Shown here: one piece after another, positions 1 through 8,668 of the stretch
Layout of the letters: every line of letters begins with the position of its first letter
Numbering within the stretch: the first letter of the stretch is position 1
Source of the DNA: a bacterium
GTDB taxonomy: Bacteria; Methylomirabilota; Methylomirabilia; CAVQYV01
DNA: 18,127 bases
NCBI GenBank assembly: GCA_043800755.1
Contig: JAZDMQ010000014.1
Location: 1-18,127, forward strand
Direction: 5' to 3'
The notes under the pieces: model-generated
Database searches by the model: none
What the model saw: the letters and a program-made list of their open reading frames with translations, nothing else
Told to the model about the DNA's origin: nothing
Position numbers and translations under genes: made by a program

Positions 1-2
1 CC

Positions 3-2690
3 ATCCCTCATTTCTTCTGGTACAACGCCTTCATCATCCTCTCCAATGGCAGCCAAAGCCGGATTGGCAGCACTACAGCGGAGTGGGAGCACTTCGCCGA
101 ATGGAAACATCTGAGGGAACCGCAGATGCGGCCCCCTCAGACCCTCACCCCTGGACCCTCTCCCAGTGGGAGAGGGCAGAGCGAAGCGGAGGGTGAGGGT
201 GCTGACCGTCCTATGGTCAGCTTGGAGACGATGGTCCGGGCGACCTGCGGGCCCGAACGGTTGCTGGATCTGGTGGAGAACTTCCTGCTTTTCAGTGAGG
301 AGAGAGGCGGCCTGGCGAAGATGGTGGCGAAAAACCACCAGTACCTCGGTGTGAACAATGCCATCGAGGCGCTACGGCAGGTTCGAGAGAAGAGCGGACG
401 GCTGGGCGTCTTCTGGCATACTCAGGGGAGCGGCAAGAGCTACTCCATGGTCTTCTTCTCCCAGAAGGTGCTCCGCAAGCTCTGGGGGAATTTCACCTTT
501 GTGATCGTCACTGACCGCCAGGAATTGGACGATCAGATCTACAAGAACTTCGCCAATGCCGGAGCCATTACGGAGCAGCATGTGCAGGCAGAGAGCGGAG
601 AACACCTGAAACAGCTCCTCCGGGAAGACCATCGATATATCTTTACCCTGATCCAGAAGTTCCGCACCGAGAGGGGCGGGACTTATCCCAAGCTCTCGGA
701 TCGTTCGGACATCATCGTCATCACCGATGAGGCCCATCGCAGCCAATACGACATCTTCGCCCTGAATATGCGCAATGCCCTGCCGAAGGCAGCTTTCATT
801 GGGTTTACTGGCACACCGCTGATGGTAGGGGAAGAGAAAACACGGGAGGTCTTCGGCGATTATGTCAGCATTTACAACTTCAAACAGTCCGTAGATGACG
901 GCGCCACCGTGCCGCTTTACTACGAAAATCGCATCCCGGGACTCCAACTGACCAACCAGGATCTGAATGAGGATATGGAGCGGCTGTTAGAGGAGGCAGA
1001 GCTCGATGCAGACGAGGAGAAGAAGTTAGAGCGAGAGTTCGCCCGCGAGTACCATCTGATTACGAGGGATGACCGGCTGGAGAAGATCGCTGAGGACATG
1101 GTGGCTCATTTCATGGGTCGCGGCCAGCAGGGCAAGGCAATGGTGATATGCATAGACAAGGCGACGGCCGTCAGGATGTTCGACAAGGTCCAGAAATACT
1201 GGAAGATTTATCTGGCAGACTGGAAGGTGAGAGTCTCTTCTTATAGTGAAGCGGAGCGGGAGGAATTGGAAAGGAAAATCCAGTACATGGAAGAGACCGA
1301 TATGGCCGTGGTCGTCTCCCAATCTCAAAATGAGATCGAGGATCTGAAGGCGAAAGGGGTGGATATTACTCCTCATCGCAGGCGTATGGTCAAGGAGGAT
1401 CTGGACAACAAGTTCAAAGATCCGGAGGATCCCTTCCGGATTGTTTTCGTTTGTGCCATGTGGATGACCGGGTTCGATGTGCCGTGTTGCTCGACGATTT
1501 ACCTGGACAAGCCGATGCGCAATCATACGCTGATGCAGACCATTGCTCGCGCGAACCGGGTATTCAGGGATAAAGTAAACGGTCTGATCGTGGATTATGT
1601 CGGCGTCTTCCGCAATCTTCAGAAGGCACTGGCGATCTACGGATCCGCAGCAGGAGGCGGCATCAAGGAGGGTGAAAACCCGATTCAGGACAAAAGGGCG
1701 CTCGTGGACCAATTGAGAGCGGCGATTGCAGAAGCGACTGCCTTCTGCGCGAAGCGAGGCATCGATTTGGTAAAGTTGCAAGCTGTCCGAGATTTGGAGA
1801 AGGTGAGCTTGCTGGATGATGCCGTGGAGGCGATCCTGGTCAGTGAGGAATCGAAGCGTAAGTACCTCTCTCTAACAGGAAATGTGGACAGGATCTACAA
1901 AGCAATCCTGCCCGACCCGGCCGTAAACGAGTTCCGGGCGATCAGGAGGCTTATGATGGTGATTGCAGCCAAGATTCGCTCTCTGGCGCCGGAAGTGAAC
2001 ATCTCGGAGGTCATGGAGGCGGTGGAAGACCTGTTGGATAGGTCGATCTCGGTCGAAGAATATGAGATCGTAGATCCGGCTGAATCCGGCAAAGCTCCGC
2101 TCGTAGACTTGAGCAAGGTCGACTTTGAGGCCTTGAAAGCTCGGTTTGACCAGGGCCGCAAGCGAATGGAGATGGAGAAGCTCAAGAATTCCATTCAGAG
2201 AAAGCTGAGGGAGTTGCTTCTATTGAACCGGAGCCGGATGGATTATCTCGAAAAGTTCCAGGAGATGATCGAAGAATATAATTCGGGCACTTCCAGTACG
2301 GAGGCGATTTTTACCCGCCTCATCATGTTTGCCCAGGAATTGAATGACGAAGAGAAACGCCACATCGCGGAGCGCCTCACCGAGGAGGAACTGGCCGTCT
2401 TCGACCTCCTGACGAAGCCCGAGATTGCGCTAAGCAGGAGGGAAGTGAAGCAGGTGAAGAAGATCGCCCGAGAGCTGTTGGATACGCTCAAGCGTGAAAA
2501 ACTGGTGCTCGACTGGCGGAAGAAGCTGCAGGCACGAGCGGACGTGAGGGTTTCCATCGCAAAGATCCTGGAAGGGTTGCCCAAGGCTTACGCCCCTGAC
2601 TTGTATCAGCAGAAATGTGACGCGGTGTATCAGCACATCTTCGACTCCTATTTTGGCCCGGGGCAGAGCATCTATGGGCAAGCGGCGTGA
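3..2690 (+). CDS. hsdR: Type I restriction-modification endonuclease subunit R, 5'-truncated by the window edge (frame is open from position 3, upstream of the track's ATG at 126)
   Basis: Upstream in-frame IPHFFWYNAFIILSNGSQSRIGSTTAEWEHFAEWK is typical of HsdR. Walker A HTQGSGKS, motif Ia VIVTDRQELDDQI, DEAH box DEAHRSQY, FTGTP, MWMTGFDVP, LMQTIARANR, and a helical C-terminus. Confidence 0.95.
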   Translation: MPHFFWYNAFIILSNGSQSRIGSTTAEWEHFAEWKHLREPQMRPPQTLTPGPSPSGRGQSEAEGEGADRPMVSLETMVRATCGPERLLDLVENFLLFSEERGGLAKMVAKNHQYLGVNNAIEALRQVREKSGRLGVFWHTQGSGKSYSMVFFSQKVLRKLWGNFTFVIVTDRQELDDQIYKNFANAGAITEQHVQAESGEHLKQLLREDHRYIFTLIQKFRTERGGTYPKLSDRSDIIVITDEAHRSQYDIFALNMRNALPKAAFIGFTGTPLMVGEEKTREVFGDYVSIYNFKQSVDDGATVPLYYENRIPGLQLTNQDLNEDMERLLEEAELDADEEKKLEREFAREYHLITRDDRLEKIAEDMVAHFMGRGQQGKAMVICIDKATAVRMFDKVQKYWKIYLADWKVRVSSYSEAEREELERKIQYMEETDMAVVVSQSQNEIEDLKAKGVDITPHRRRMVKEDLDNKFKDPEDPFRIVFVCAMWMTGFDVPCCSTIYLDKPMRNHTLMQTIARANRVFRDKVNGLIVDYVGVFRNLQKALAIYGSAAGGGIKEGENPIQDKRALVDQLRAAIAEATAFCAKRGIDLVKLQAVRDLEKVSLLDDAVEAILVSEESKRKYLSLTGNVDRIYKAILPDPAVNEFRAIRRLMMVIAAKIRSLAPEVNISEVMEAVEDLLDRSISVEEYEIVDPAESGKAPLVDLSKVDFEALKARFDQGRKRMEMEKLKNSIQRKLRELLLLNRSRMDYLEKFQEMIEEYNSGTSSTEAIFTRLIMFAQELNDEEKRHIAERLTEEELAVFDLLTKPEIALSRREVKQVKKIARELLDTLKREKLVLDWRKKLQARADVRVSIAKILEGLPKAYAPDLYQQKCDAVYQHIFDSYFGPGQSIYGQAA
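141..200. repeat. REP-like palindromic element (CCCTCACCC..CCCTCTCCC-N-GGGAGAGGG..GGGTGAGGG type) inside the hsdR coding frame
   Basis: Outer inverted repeat ACCCTCACCC (141-150) / GGGTGAGGGT (191-200). Inner inverted repeat CCCTCTCCCA (156-165) / TGGGAGAGGG (167-176). Confidence 0.8.
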
Positions 2691-2748
2691 AAGCAACACA
2701 CGAGAAAGCTAATTAGGAGCCGCCAGGTGGAAAGAAAAGGGAGGAGGG

Positions 2749-3057
2749 ATGAATCATCAAATGGCATTGCAGGTTTCGCAGGACAAAATCGCGGATTTCT
2801 GCCAACGGCACCACATCCGCAGGCTCGCCCTTTTCGGCTCTGTTCTGCGGGACGACTTTGGTCCCGAAAGCGACGTGGATGTGCTGGTGGAATTTGAGCC
2901 CGGAGCCAGAGTGGGCTTTTTCAAGCTCTATGACTGGGAGCAAGAACTGTCCCATATTCTGGGTGGCTATAAGGTGGAAATCAATACGCCCAAATCTCTG
3001 AGCAAGTACTTCCGCGACCAAGTGCTGGAAGAGGCAGAGGTCCAATTTATTCATTGA
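2749..3057 (+). CDS. Minimal nucleotidyltransferase (MNT/MntA-type antitoxin, Pol-beta superfamily)
   Basis: 102 aa with LALFGSVLRDDFGPESDVDVLVEF (GS-x10-DxD motif). Strong RBS GGAGG upstream. Confidence 0.9.
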   Translation: MNHQMALQVSQDKIADFCQRHHIRRLALFGSVLRDDFGPESDVDVLVEFEPGARVGFFKLYDWEQELSHILGGYKVEINTPKSLSKYFRDQVLEEAEVQFIH

Positions 3058-3152
3058 TGACCACACTGAGTTGGAGCGAATCCTTGCCGAAGCAGCCTCA
3101 CAAGACCGATCAATCCTCTGATCCGGCGAAGGAGGCCAAGAGGGACAAAGAC

Positions 3153-3830
3153 ATGCCCGACTACCTCGGCCATCGGGAGCGGCTGCGGGAGAGGTTTCGG
3201 AAGGCGGGGGCCGAGGGATTTCACGATTACGAGATCCTCGAGCTTCTCCTGACCTACACGATCCCTCGTATCGACGTCAAACCGCTCGCCAAGAAGCTCA
3301 TCGCGCACTTTGGCAGCTTGTCCGGCGTGCTGGACGCCGCCCCTCAAGAGATCGAGGAGGTGGCGAAAGTAAAACCCATCTCTTCAACCCTGATCTACCT
3401 GGTCAAAGAGACCTGTGGGGCTTATCTGGCGGAAAAGATAAAGGATAGGGAGGTCCTCTCCTCTCCCCAGGCGGTCCTGGATTTTGCTCGGTTGACGCTG
3501 GCTGGCCTCGCCCACGAGAGCTTCATGGTCATCTTCCTGAACACTAAGAATCAAGTCTTGCATCACCAGGTCGTCCACGAAGGAACGGTGGATCGGGCGG
3601 TCGTCTATCCCCGGCGCATCATCGAGGAGGCGCTGGCCCATCATGCATCCGGCTTGATCCTGGTCCACAACCATCCGAGCGGGCAAGCCGATCCTTCTGC
3701 CGAGGATAGAACCCTCACTCGGGCTCTCGTGGAGGCAACACGGGCGTTGGATATCCGCATCCTCGACCACATCATCGTGGGGAAGAATGGCCATTTCAGC
3801 TTTTCGGAGGCACAGCTTCTGACGAGTTGA
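3153..3830 (+). CDS. radC: RadC family (JAB/MPN domain) protein; probable start ATG 3153 rather than 3054
   Basis: GHRERLRERF, YEILELLL, HEGTVDRAVVYPR, JAB motif HNHPSG...PSAED, ILDHIIVG. Confidence 0.93.
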   Translation: MPDYLGHRERLRERFRKAGAEGFHDYEILELLLTYTIPRIDVKPLAKKLIAHFGSLSGVLDAAPQEIEEVAKVKPISSTLIYLVKETCGAYLAEKIKDREVLSSPQAVLDFARLTLAGLAHESFMVIFLNTKNQVLHHQVVHEGTVDRAVVYPRRIIEEALAHHASGLILVHNHPSGQADPSAEDRTLTRALVEATRALDIRILDHIIVGKNGHFSFSEAQLLTS

Positions 3831-3853
3831 CCTCTGCGGGAGGAGACGAGGCG

Positions 3854-5992
3854 ATGAGGGAATACGAACTGCGGCACCAGACTAATAAGAAGCTCTATCC
3901 GGGCAAATTCTACCCTCTCGGTGCGACTCCAACCGGTAATGGTGTCAACTTCGCCATCTATTCCCAGCATGCAGCCGAGGTCTATCTGCTCCTCTTTGAG
4001 GAGGTGGGTGGCCAGCCTTCGGATACTATCAGGATGGAGAACCGTACCCGGTTCACCGGGCATACCCTGGTCCATGGGCTGAAGGCGGGGCAGCTATATG
4101 GCTATAAGATGCGGGGGGAATACAACCCCGCCTATGGGATGCGTTTTAATGAGCACAAGCTCCTGATGGATCCCTACGCGAAAGCGGTGACCGGCGAGTT
4201 CAAGAACACCGATAACCTGCTCCTCTCCTACGATCCCAACTGTCCCGAAAAGGACCGCGTTATGGATCATCGGGACAATACCCAAATCGTTCCCCTGTCG
4301 ATTGTGATGGAGGATGGCTTCGACTGGCAGGGAGATGCACATCCCGATATCCCCCCGGAGAGGCTGATCATCTACGAGGTCCACCTGAAGGGATTCACCG
4401 CCCACCCCTCCGCCAAAGTCAGGCATCCCGGGACCTACCTGGGCTTCATCGAGAAGATCCCCTACCTGAAAGACCTGGGGATCAATGCCGTGGAGTTCCT
4501 TCCCCTGCAGGAATTCTATGTGGAGGACTCCCTCCTCAACCAAGGACTGACCAACTATTGGGGATATAACACCATCGGCTTTCTTGCCCCCGAGTCCTCC
4601 TATAGCAGCGGGAGCTTTCCTGGATGCCAGGTCTCCGAGTTCAAGACCTTGGTGCGAGAGCTCCATAAGGCGGGCATGGAGGTGATCCTGGATGTGGTTT
4701 ACAACCACACTGGGGAGGGAAATGAGCTCGGGCCGACCCTCAGCTTCAAGGGGATCGATAATTTGACCTATTATTGCCTTTCCGGCAGCCCCGACGCGCC
4801 CTACTGCTCCTACATGAATTACACCGGCTGCGGCAACAGTCTCAACCTGGCCCATCCGGAGGTCATCCGCTTCGTCATGGACTCCCTTCGCTACTGGGTC
4901 CAGGTGATGCATGTGGATGGCTTTCGGTTCGACCTGGCCTCGGTATTGGGCCGCGAGGGGGGGTTCTTTCAAAAGTCGGCCTCCTTTTTCGATGCCATCT
5001 TCCAGGATCCGGTCTTGAACCGGATCAAGCTCATTGCCGAGCCGTGGGACCTTTCGAGCTACGAGGTGGGGAATTTTCCGGTGGACTGGTCGGAGTGGAA
5101 CGGCAGATTCCGGGATACGGTCCGGAGGTTCGGGAGGGGGGATCCTGGGCAGGTCAAGGACCTGGGCTGGAGGCTAACCGGCTCGGCCGATCTCTATGGC
5201 GATGACGGGAGGTCCGCCTATAATAGCGTCAACTTCATTACCTGCCACGATGGCTTCACCCTCCATGACCTGGTCTCCTACAGTTCCAAGCACAACGAGG
5301 CGAACCGGGAAGAGAATCAGGATGGGACCAATGACAACAATTCCTGGAACTGCGGGGTGGAGGGGGAGACTGACGATCCTCAAATCATCCAGCTGCGCAG
5401 GCAGCTGATCAAGAACTATTTCTGCTACCTCTTCTTCTCCTCCGGCACCCCCATGGCCCTGGGCGGCGACGAATTCATGAGGACCCAGAGGGGCAATAAC
5501 AATGCCTACTGCCAGGACAATGAGATCAACTGGTTCAACTGGGAAGAGGTGGACAGGAATGCCGATATCCTCGACTTCTTCAAGAAGGTCATTGCCTTCA
5601 CCAAGAGATATCCCATCCTGCAGCGGAGGAAATTCCTCCTGGGACGGGATCTGGAGGCGGACCATCTACCGGATATCACCTGGTTTGGAAAGGACCTGGG
5701 AAGGCCCTCCTGGGATGACTTTGAGCTGCGCACCCTCTGTTATTTCCTGGACGGCGGCGAAGAGCCATCGGAACTGGGCGATTACTATCTCTTCGTGATC
5801 CTGAACGCGGACCCTTCACTGCAATATGTCCGCATCCCACCGCCCAGAGCGGGGCAGCGATGGTACCGGGTGATCGACACCAGCCTGCCGAGCGGTGCGG
5901 GCTTCCTGGATCCGGGCCAGGAGATCGCCCTCGATCCCCCGGACTTTTACCTGGTCAACCCGAGAAGCACGGTGGTGCTCTTGGGGAGGTGA
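3854..5992 (+). CDS. glgX: Glycogen debranching enzyme / isoamylase (GH13 + CBM48); probable start ATG 3854
   Basis: PLGAT, GVNFAIYS, IYEVHLKGFT, NYWGY, ILDVVYNHTGEG, VDGFRFDLAS (catalytic D), LIAEPWD (catalytic E), NFITCHDGFTL, GNNNAYCQDNE. RBS AGGAG at 3841-3845. Confidence 0.95.
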   Translation: MREYELRHQTNKKLYPGKFYPLGATPTGNGVNFAIYSQHAAEVYLLLFEEVGGQPSDTIRMENRTRFTGHTLVHGLKAGQLYGYKMRGEYNPAYGMRFNEHKLLMDPYAKAVTGEFKNTDNLLLSYDPNCPEKDRVMDHRDNTQIVPLSIVMEDGFDWQGDAHPDIPPERLIIYEVHLKGFTAHPSAKVRHPGTYLGFIEKIPYLKDLGINAVEFLPLQEFYVEDSLLNQGLTNYWGYNTIGFLAPESSYSSGSFPGCQVSEFKTLVRELHKAGMEVILDVVYNHTGEGNELGPTLSFKGIDNLTYYCLSGSPDAPYCSYMNYTGCGNSLNLAHPEVIRFVMDSLRYWVQVMHVDGFRFDLASVLGREGGFFQKSASFFDAIFQDPVLNRIKLIAEPWDLSSYEVGNFPVDWSEWNGRFRDTVRRFGRGDPGQVKDLGWRLTGSADLYGDDGRSAYNSVNFITCHDGFTLHDLVSYSSKHNEANREENQDGTNDNNSWNCGVEGETDDPQIIQLRRQLIKNYFCYLFFSSGTPMALGGDEFMRTQRGNNNAYCQDNEINWFNWEEVDRNADILDFFKKVIAFTKRYPILQRRKFLLGRDLEADHLPDITWFGKDLGRPSWDDFELRTLCYFLDGGEEPSELGDYYLFVILNADPSLQYVRIPPPRAGQRWYRVIDTSLPSGAGFLDPGQEIALDPPDFYLVNPRSTVVLLGR

Positions 5993-5999
5993 AAAGGAA

Positions 6000-6020
6000 T
6001 GGCGAGGGCAATCCTTGCCA
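6000..6020. terminator. Small hairpin just after glgX, between convergent genes (possible terminator)
   Basis: TGGCGAGG (6000-6007) / CCTTGCCA (6013-6020) with one G-U pair. No clear U tract. Confidence 0.3.
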
Positions 6021-6070
6021 CTGTCCGGCGGAATGCCTTCATTTCAGGCCCCTCGTCGGCTCAAGATCCT

Positions 6071-6964
6071 TTACTGCTCCTTTGATATCTTTCCCAAGTT
6101 GATGAAGGGATAGGCCCCTCCCGAGACCTGCGGCAGGGTCCCGTTCCATTTCTCCACGCTCTTATACTGCACCAGGAGGGGGCTGATGGAGCGGGACAGG
6201 ATTTCATTGGCCTTTGCCTGGCCCTGAGCCACGATGAGCGTTGACTCTGCCTCTCCCTTGGCCGTTGCCACCTTTTGCTGGGCTTCGATCCCCCGCTGGG
6301 CGAGGACCTGCTTCTGGGTCTCTACCTGCTGCTGGGCCACCTGCTTTGCCTCGATGGCCTGCTCATATTCCGGGCTAAACCCGATATTGGAAAGGTAGAT
6401 ATCATCCACGATGAGGTGGTAGCGAGAGAGGTTTCCTCCCAGCTTGGCCATCGCGGTCTTCCGGATCTCCTCCCGCTTGGGAAGGATCTCTTGGATGGTG
6501 TAGGTGGGGACCACCTCTTTGATGAAGTCGTTGAAGGCGGGATCGATCACCTTGGGGGCAAAATCGGATCCCACCTTTTGATAGAGCTCATTCACATAGG
6601 CAGGGTCAATATGGAAGTTCATCATCCCAGTGAGCTTCACCGCCTGATATTCCTTGGAAGCGGCGTCGATCTCCCGGAAGGGATGGGGCTGGATCCGTAC
6701 GTCCACCTTGATCACCCGTTCGGCGAGGGGCACCTTGAAATTGAGACCTTCCCCCATGACCCGCTTTTCGACGGACCCCCAGAGGAGCACCACCCCACGA
6801 TGACCTGCCGGGATAATGACGAAGGTCCCCCAGAGCAGGAGGAAGAGGATGATGATCAGAACGAGCGGCTTCCCACCAACCCTTCTCCCCAGATTTGTCG
6901 CCCCCTTCAGACCTTCCATTTCTTTTTCGAACATTGGCCCTTCCTCCTTTATTCTCTTGCCCAT
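6071..6964 (-). CDS. SPFH / prohibitin (band 7) family membrane protein; start at 6964 or 6934
   Basis: N-terminal TM segment LVLIIILFLLLWGTFVIIPAGHRGVV, GEGLNFKVP, FSPEYEQAIEAKQVAQQ, AKGEAES, LVQYKSVEKWNGTLP. Confidence 0.9.
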   Translation of the reverse strand: MGKRIKEEGPMFEKEMEGLKGATNLGRRVGGKPLVLIIILFLLLWGTFVIIPAGHRGVVLLWGSVEKRVMGEGLNFKVPLAERVIKVDVRIQPHPFREIDAASKEYQAVKLTGMMNFHIDPAYVNELYQKVGSDFAPKVIDPAFNDFIKEVVPTYTIQEILPKREEIRKTAMAKLGGNLSRYHLIVDDIYLSNIGFSPEYEQAIEAKQVAQQQVETQKQVLAQRGIEAQQKVATAKGEAESTLIVAQGQAKANEILSRSISPLLVQYKSVEKWNGTLPQVSGGAYPFINLGKISKEQ

Positions 6965-7024
6965 TTCCACCTCGCCTCTCTTGGCCAGCCGGCGCATCTC
7001 TCCTCTATCACATCTCGCTTCCCT

Positions 7025-7053
7025 TTGACAAGGATTTGCGTCTCTGATAAACC
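7025..7053 (+). promoter_or_regulatory. Candidate sigma70 promoter for the YkgJ-family gene (possibly leaderless)
   Basis: TTGACA (7025-7030), 17-nt spacer, TG-n-TAAACC (7045-7053). ATG at 7060 lies 7 nt after the -10 box, with no Shine-Dalgarno. Confidence 0.4.
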
Positions 7054-7632
7054 ATGGTCATGAACGAGGGATATGGAAGATATCTAAATTTGATCGAGAG
7101 ACTGGATCATTTCCTGACCCGGGTCCGCAGAAGGTATGAAAGCGAGATCCTCTGCCGAGAGGGTTGCGCGGATTGCTGCCATCAATCCCTCAGTCTCTGG
7201 GCAGTGGAGGCCTATCGCCTCGCCCAAGGTTGGAAGGGCCTCCCTTCAGGTCTGGCTGGCCGCCTTCAAGAACAGGCGGCTGCCGTGGGGTGGAGCCGGT
7301 GTCCATTGCTTATGGATCAGGGCTGTGCCCTCTATGCGCACCGTCCGATCCTTTGCCGAACCTACGGATATCCATTTTTGAGCAGGGAGGAAGGAGGCGC
7401 AGGCGGGCCCTTGGTGAGTTACTGTCCTCGAAACTTTCAGGGATGGAGGAAAGGGGATCGCCTGGAAGGGGGCTATGTCCTGGATTTGGATGCCCTCAAT
7501 CGCATGCTGGTAGGGGTGAACCTCCTCTTCCTGGGGCAACTGGGAAGGGAAGCTGCCCAGATGGCCCTGCGTATTCCCATCTCGGAGATCTTACAAGGCA
7601 GGGATCTGGGAAAAGATAGACCTCCCCCCTGA
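7054..7632 (+). CDS. YkgJ family cysteine-cluster protein (putative Zn/Fe-S chelating domain, CxxGCxxCC); start 7054 or 7060
   Basis: CREGCADCC ... CPLL ... CALYAHRPILCRTYG ... CPRNF motif pattern. Confidence 0.85.
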   Translation: MVMNEGYGRYLNLIERLDHFLTRVRRRYESEILCREGCADCCHQSLSLWAVEAYRLAQGWKGLPSGLAGRLQEQAAAVGWSRCPLLMDQGCALYAHRPILCRTYGYPFLSREEGGAGGPLVSYCPRNFQGWRKGDRLEGGYVLDLDALNRMLVGVNLLFLGQLGREAAQMALRIPISEILQGRDLGKDRPPP

Positions 7633-7805
7633 GAATCAAAAGCAGGACATTTGCCCATTCCCTTGGGGATTGGTGATTAGGAAACAGGGACCCGGGCACA
7701 ACCAGCTGGTGGGTCCAGCAGGTGGAGGATCTCAGAGCGGAGCGGCCAGGGACGCCAAGTTGCGGGGCGCTCCGGCAACGCTCCCTCTGAGTCAATCTCT
7801 TTTCA

Positions 7806-7895
7806 TTACTTTCGCTGGTGGCGAGTGGCGCGAAGTCGCTTCTTAAACTTGTGCCGGCTCATCTTCTTGCGCCTCTTCTTGACCACGCTGCTCAT
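7806..7895 (-). CDS. Small basic ribosomal protein bS22 / mS38 (AURKAIP1/COX24 domain) family, 29 aa: MSSVVKKRRKKMSRHKFKKRLRATRHQRK
   Basis: Hand-translated, ATG at 7895 to TAA at 7808-7806. Matches the bS22 pattern M(G/S)SV(I/V)KKRRK(K/R)M...K..KL..TR.QR. RBS GAAAGG upstream. Absent from the ORF track because of its size. Confidence 0.88.
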   Translation of the reverse strand: MSSVVKKRRKKMSRHKFKKRLRATRHQRK

Positions 7896-7996
7896 AGACT
7901 CTAGTACCTTTCTATATAGAGAATAACCCTCGTCCTATCGCGATGATAGGATTTCCAGATCGACCTTCCAGCACCATTTCGGTTTTCCTCTCCTCC

Positions 7997-8668
7997 TTAC
8001 CCCTTCTTGCCAGTTTGACGCTCCACCGCCTTTCTCGGCTTTCCCTCCCAGGGGCAGAGGTCGTAGACCACACAAGAAGCGCAGAGGGGTTTCTTGGCCT
8101 GGCAAATCGTGCGACCATGCCACACCAGCCAGTGGGTGGCCTCGGTCCAGTGCTGTCTGGGGATGATCGCAGCCAGCTCTTCCTCAACTTTGTCCGGGTT
8201 AGAGGCGAAGGCCAATCCCAGGCGATGCGAGACCCGGAAGACATGGGTGTCCACCGCGATTGCCTGCTGCCCGAAGGCGTTGCCCAACACGATGTTGGCC
8301 GTCTTCCGACCCACCCCGGGGAGGCGCACCAGATCCTCCAGATGTGAGGGAACCTTTCCGCCGAAGGATTCCACGATCTCCCGGCAGCAGCCGGTGATGG
8401 CCCTGGCCTTGTTGTGAAAAAAGCCGGTAGGGCGGATGTCCTGCTCCAGTTTGTCCAGATTGGCTCGGGCAAAGGAATCTGCCGAGGGGTATTTCCGGAA
8501 GAGCCTCACTGTGACCGCATTGACCCGCTCATCGGTGCATTGGGCAGCCAGGATCGTGGCGATCAGGAGCTGGAGGGGGTTCTGGAACTGGAGGGCGATC
8601 CTTTCCCCCCCATGTTCCGCCGCCAACCTCTGCAGAACCTCCTGGATGCGGAGCTCTTCCTGCATCAC
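7997..8668 (-). CDS. nth: Endonuclease III (HhH-GPD DNA glycosylase/AP lyase, 4Fe-4S)
   Basis: LLIATILAAQCTDERVN, HhH LPGVGRKTANIVL, AVDTHVFRV, Fe-S motif CQAKKPLCASCVVYDLC. Confidence 0.96.
   Translation of the reverse strand: MMQEELRIQEVLQRLAAEHGGERIALQFQNPLQLLIATILAAQCTDERVNAVTVRLFRKYPSADSFARANLDKLEQDIRPTGFFHNKARAITGCCREIVESFGGKVPSHLEDLVRLPGVGRKTANIVLGNAFGQQAIAVDTHVFRVSHRLGLAFASNPDKVEEELAAIIPRQHWTEATHWLVWHGRTICQAKKPLCASCVVYDLCPWEGKPRKAVERQTGKKG

Noticed and set aside
126..128. ATG 126 as the hsdR start
   Set aside because: The frame is open and HsdR-like upstream to the window edge, so the real start lies outside the window.
3054..3152. N-terminal extension of radC
   Set aside because: Family similarity begins at MPDYLGHRERLR (3153), and the extension has no RadC features.
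6275..7063. 262-aa plus-strand ORF, and similar shadow ORFs (372-947, 1026-1781, 4094-4972, 12014-12733, 13355-13999, 14424-15197)
   Set aside because: All lie antisense to well-supported genes and show no recognisable motifs.
7680..7800. SRP RNA or 6S RNA
   Set aside because: Lacks the SRP helix-8 signature (CAGG-GNRA-AGCA) and the long rod with central bubble of 6S.
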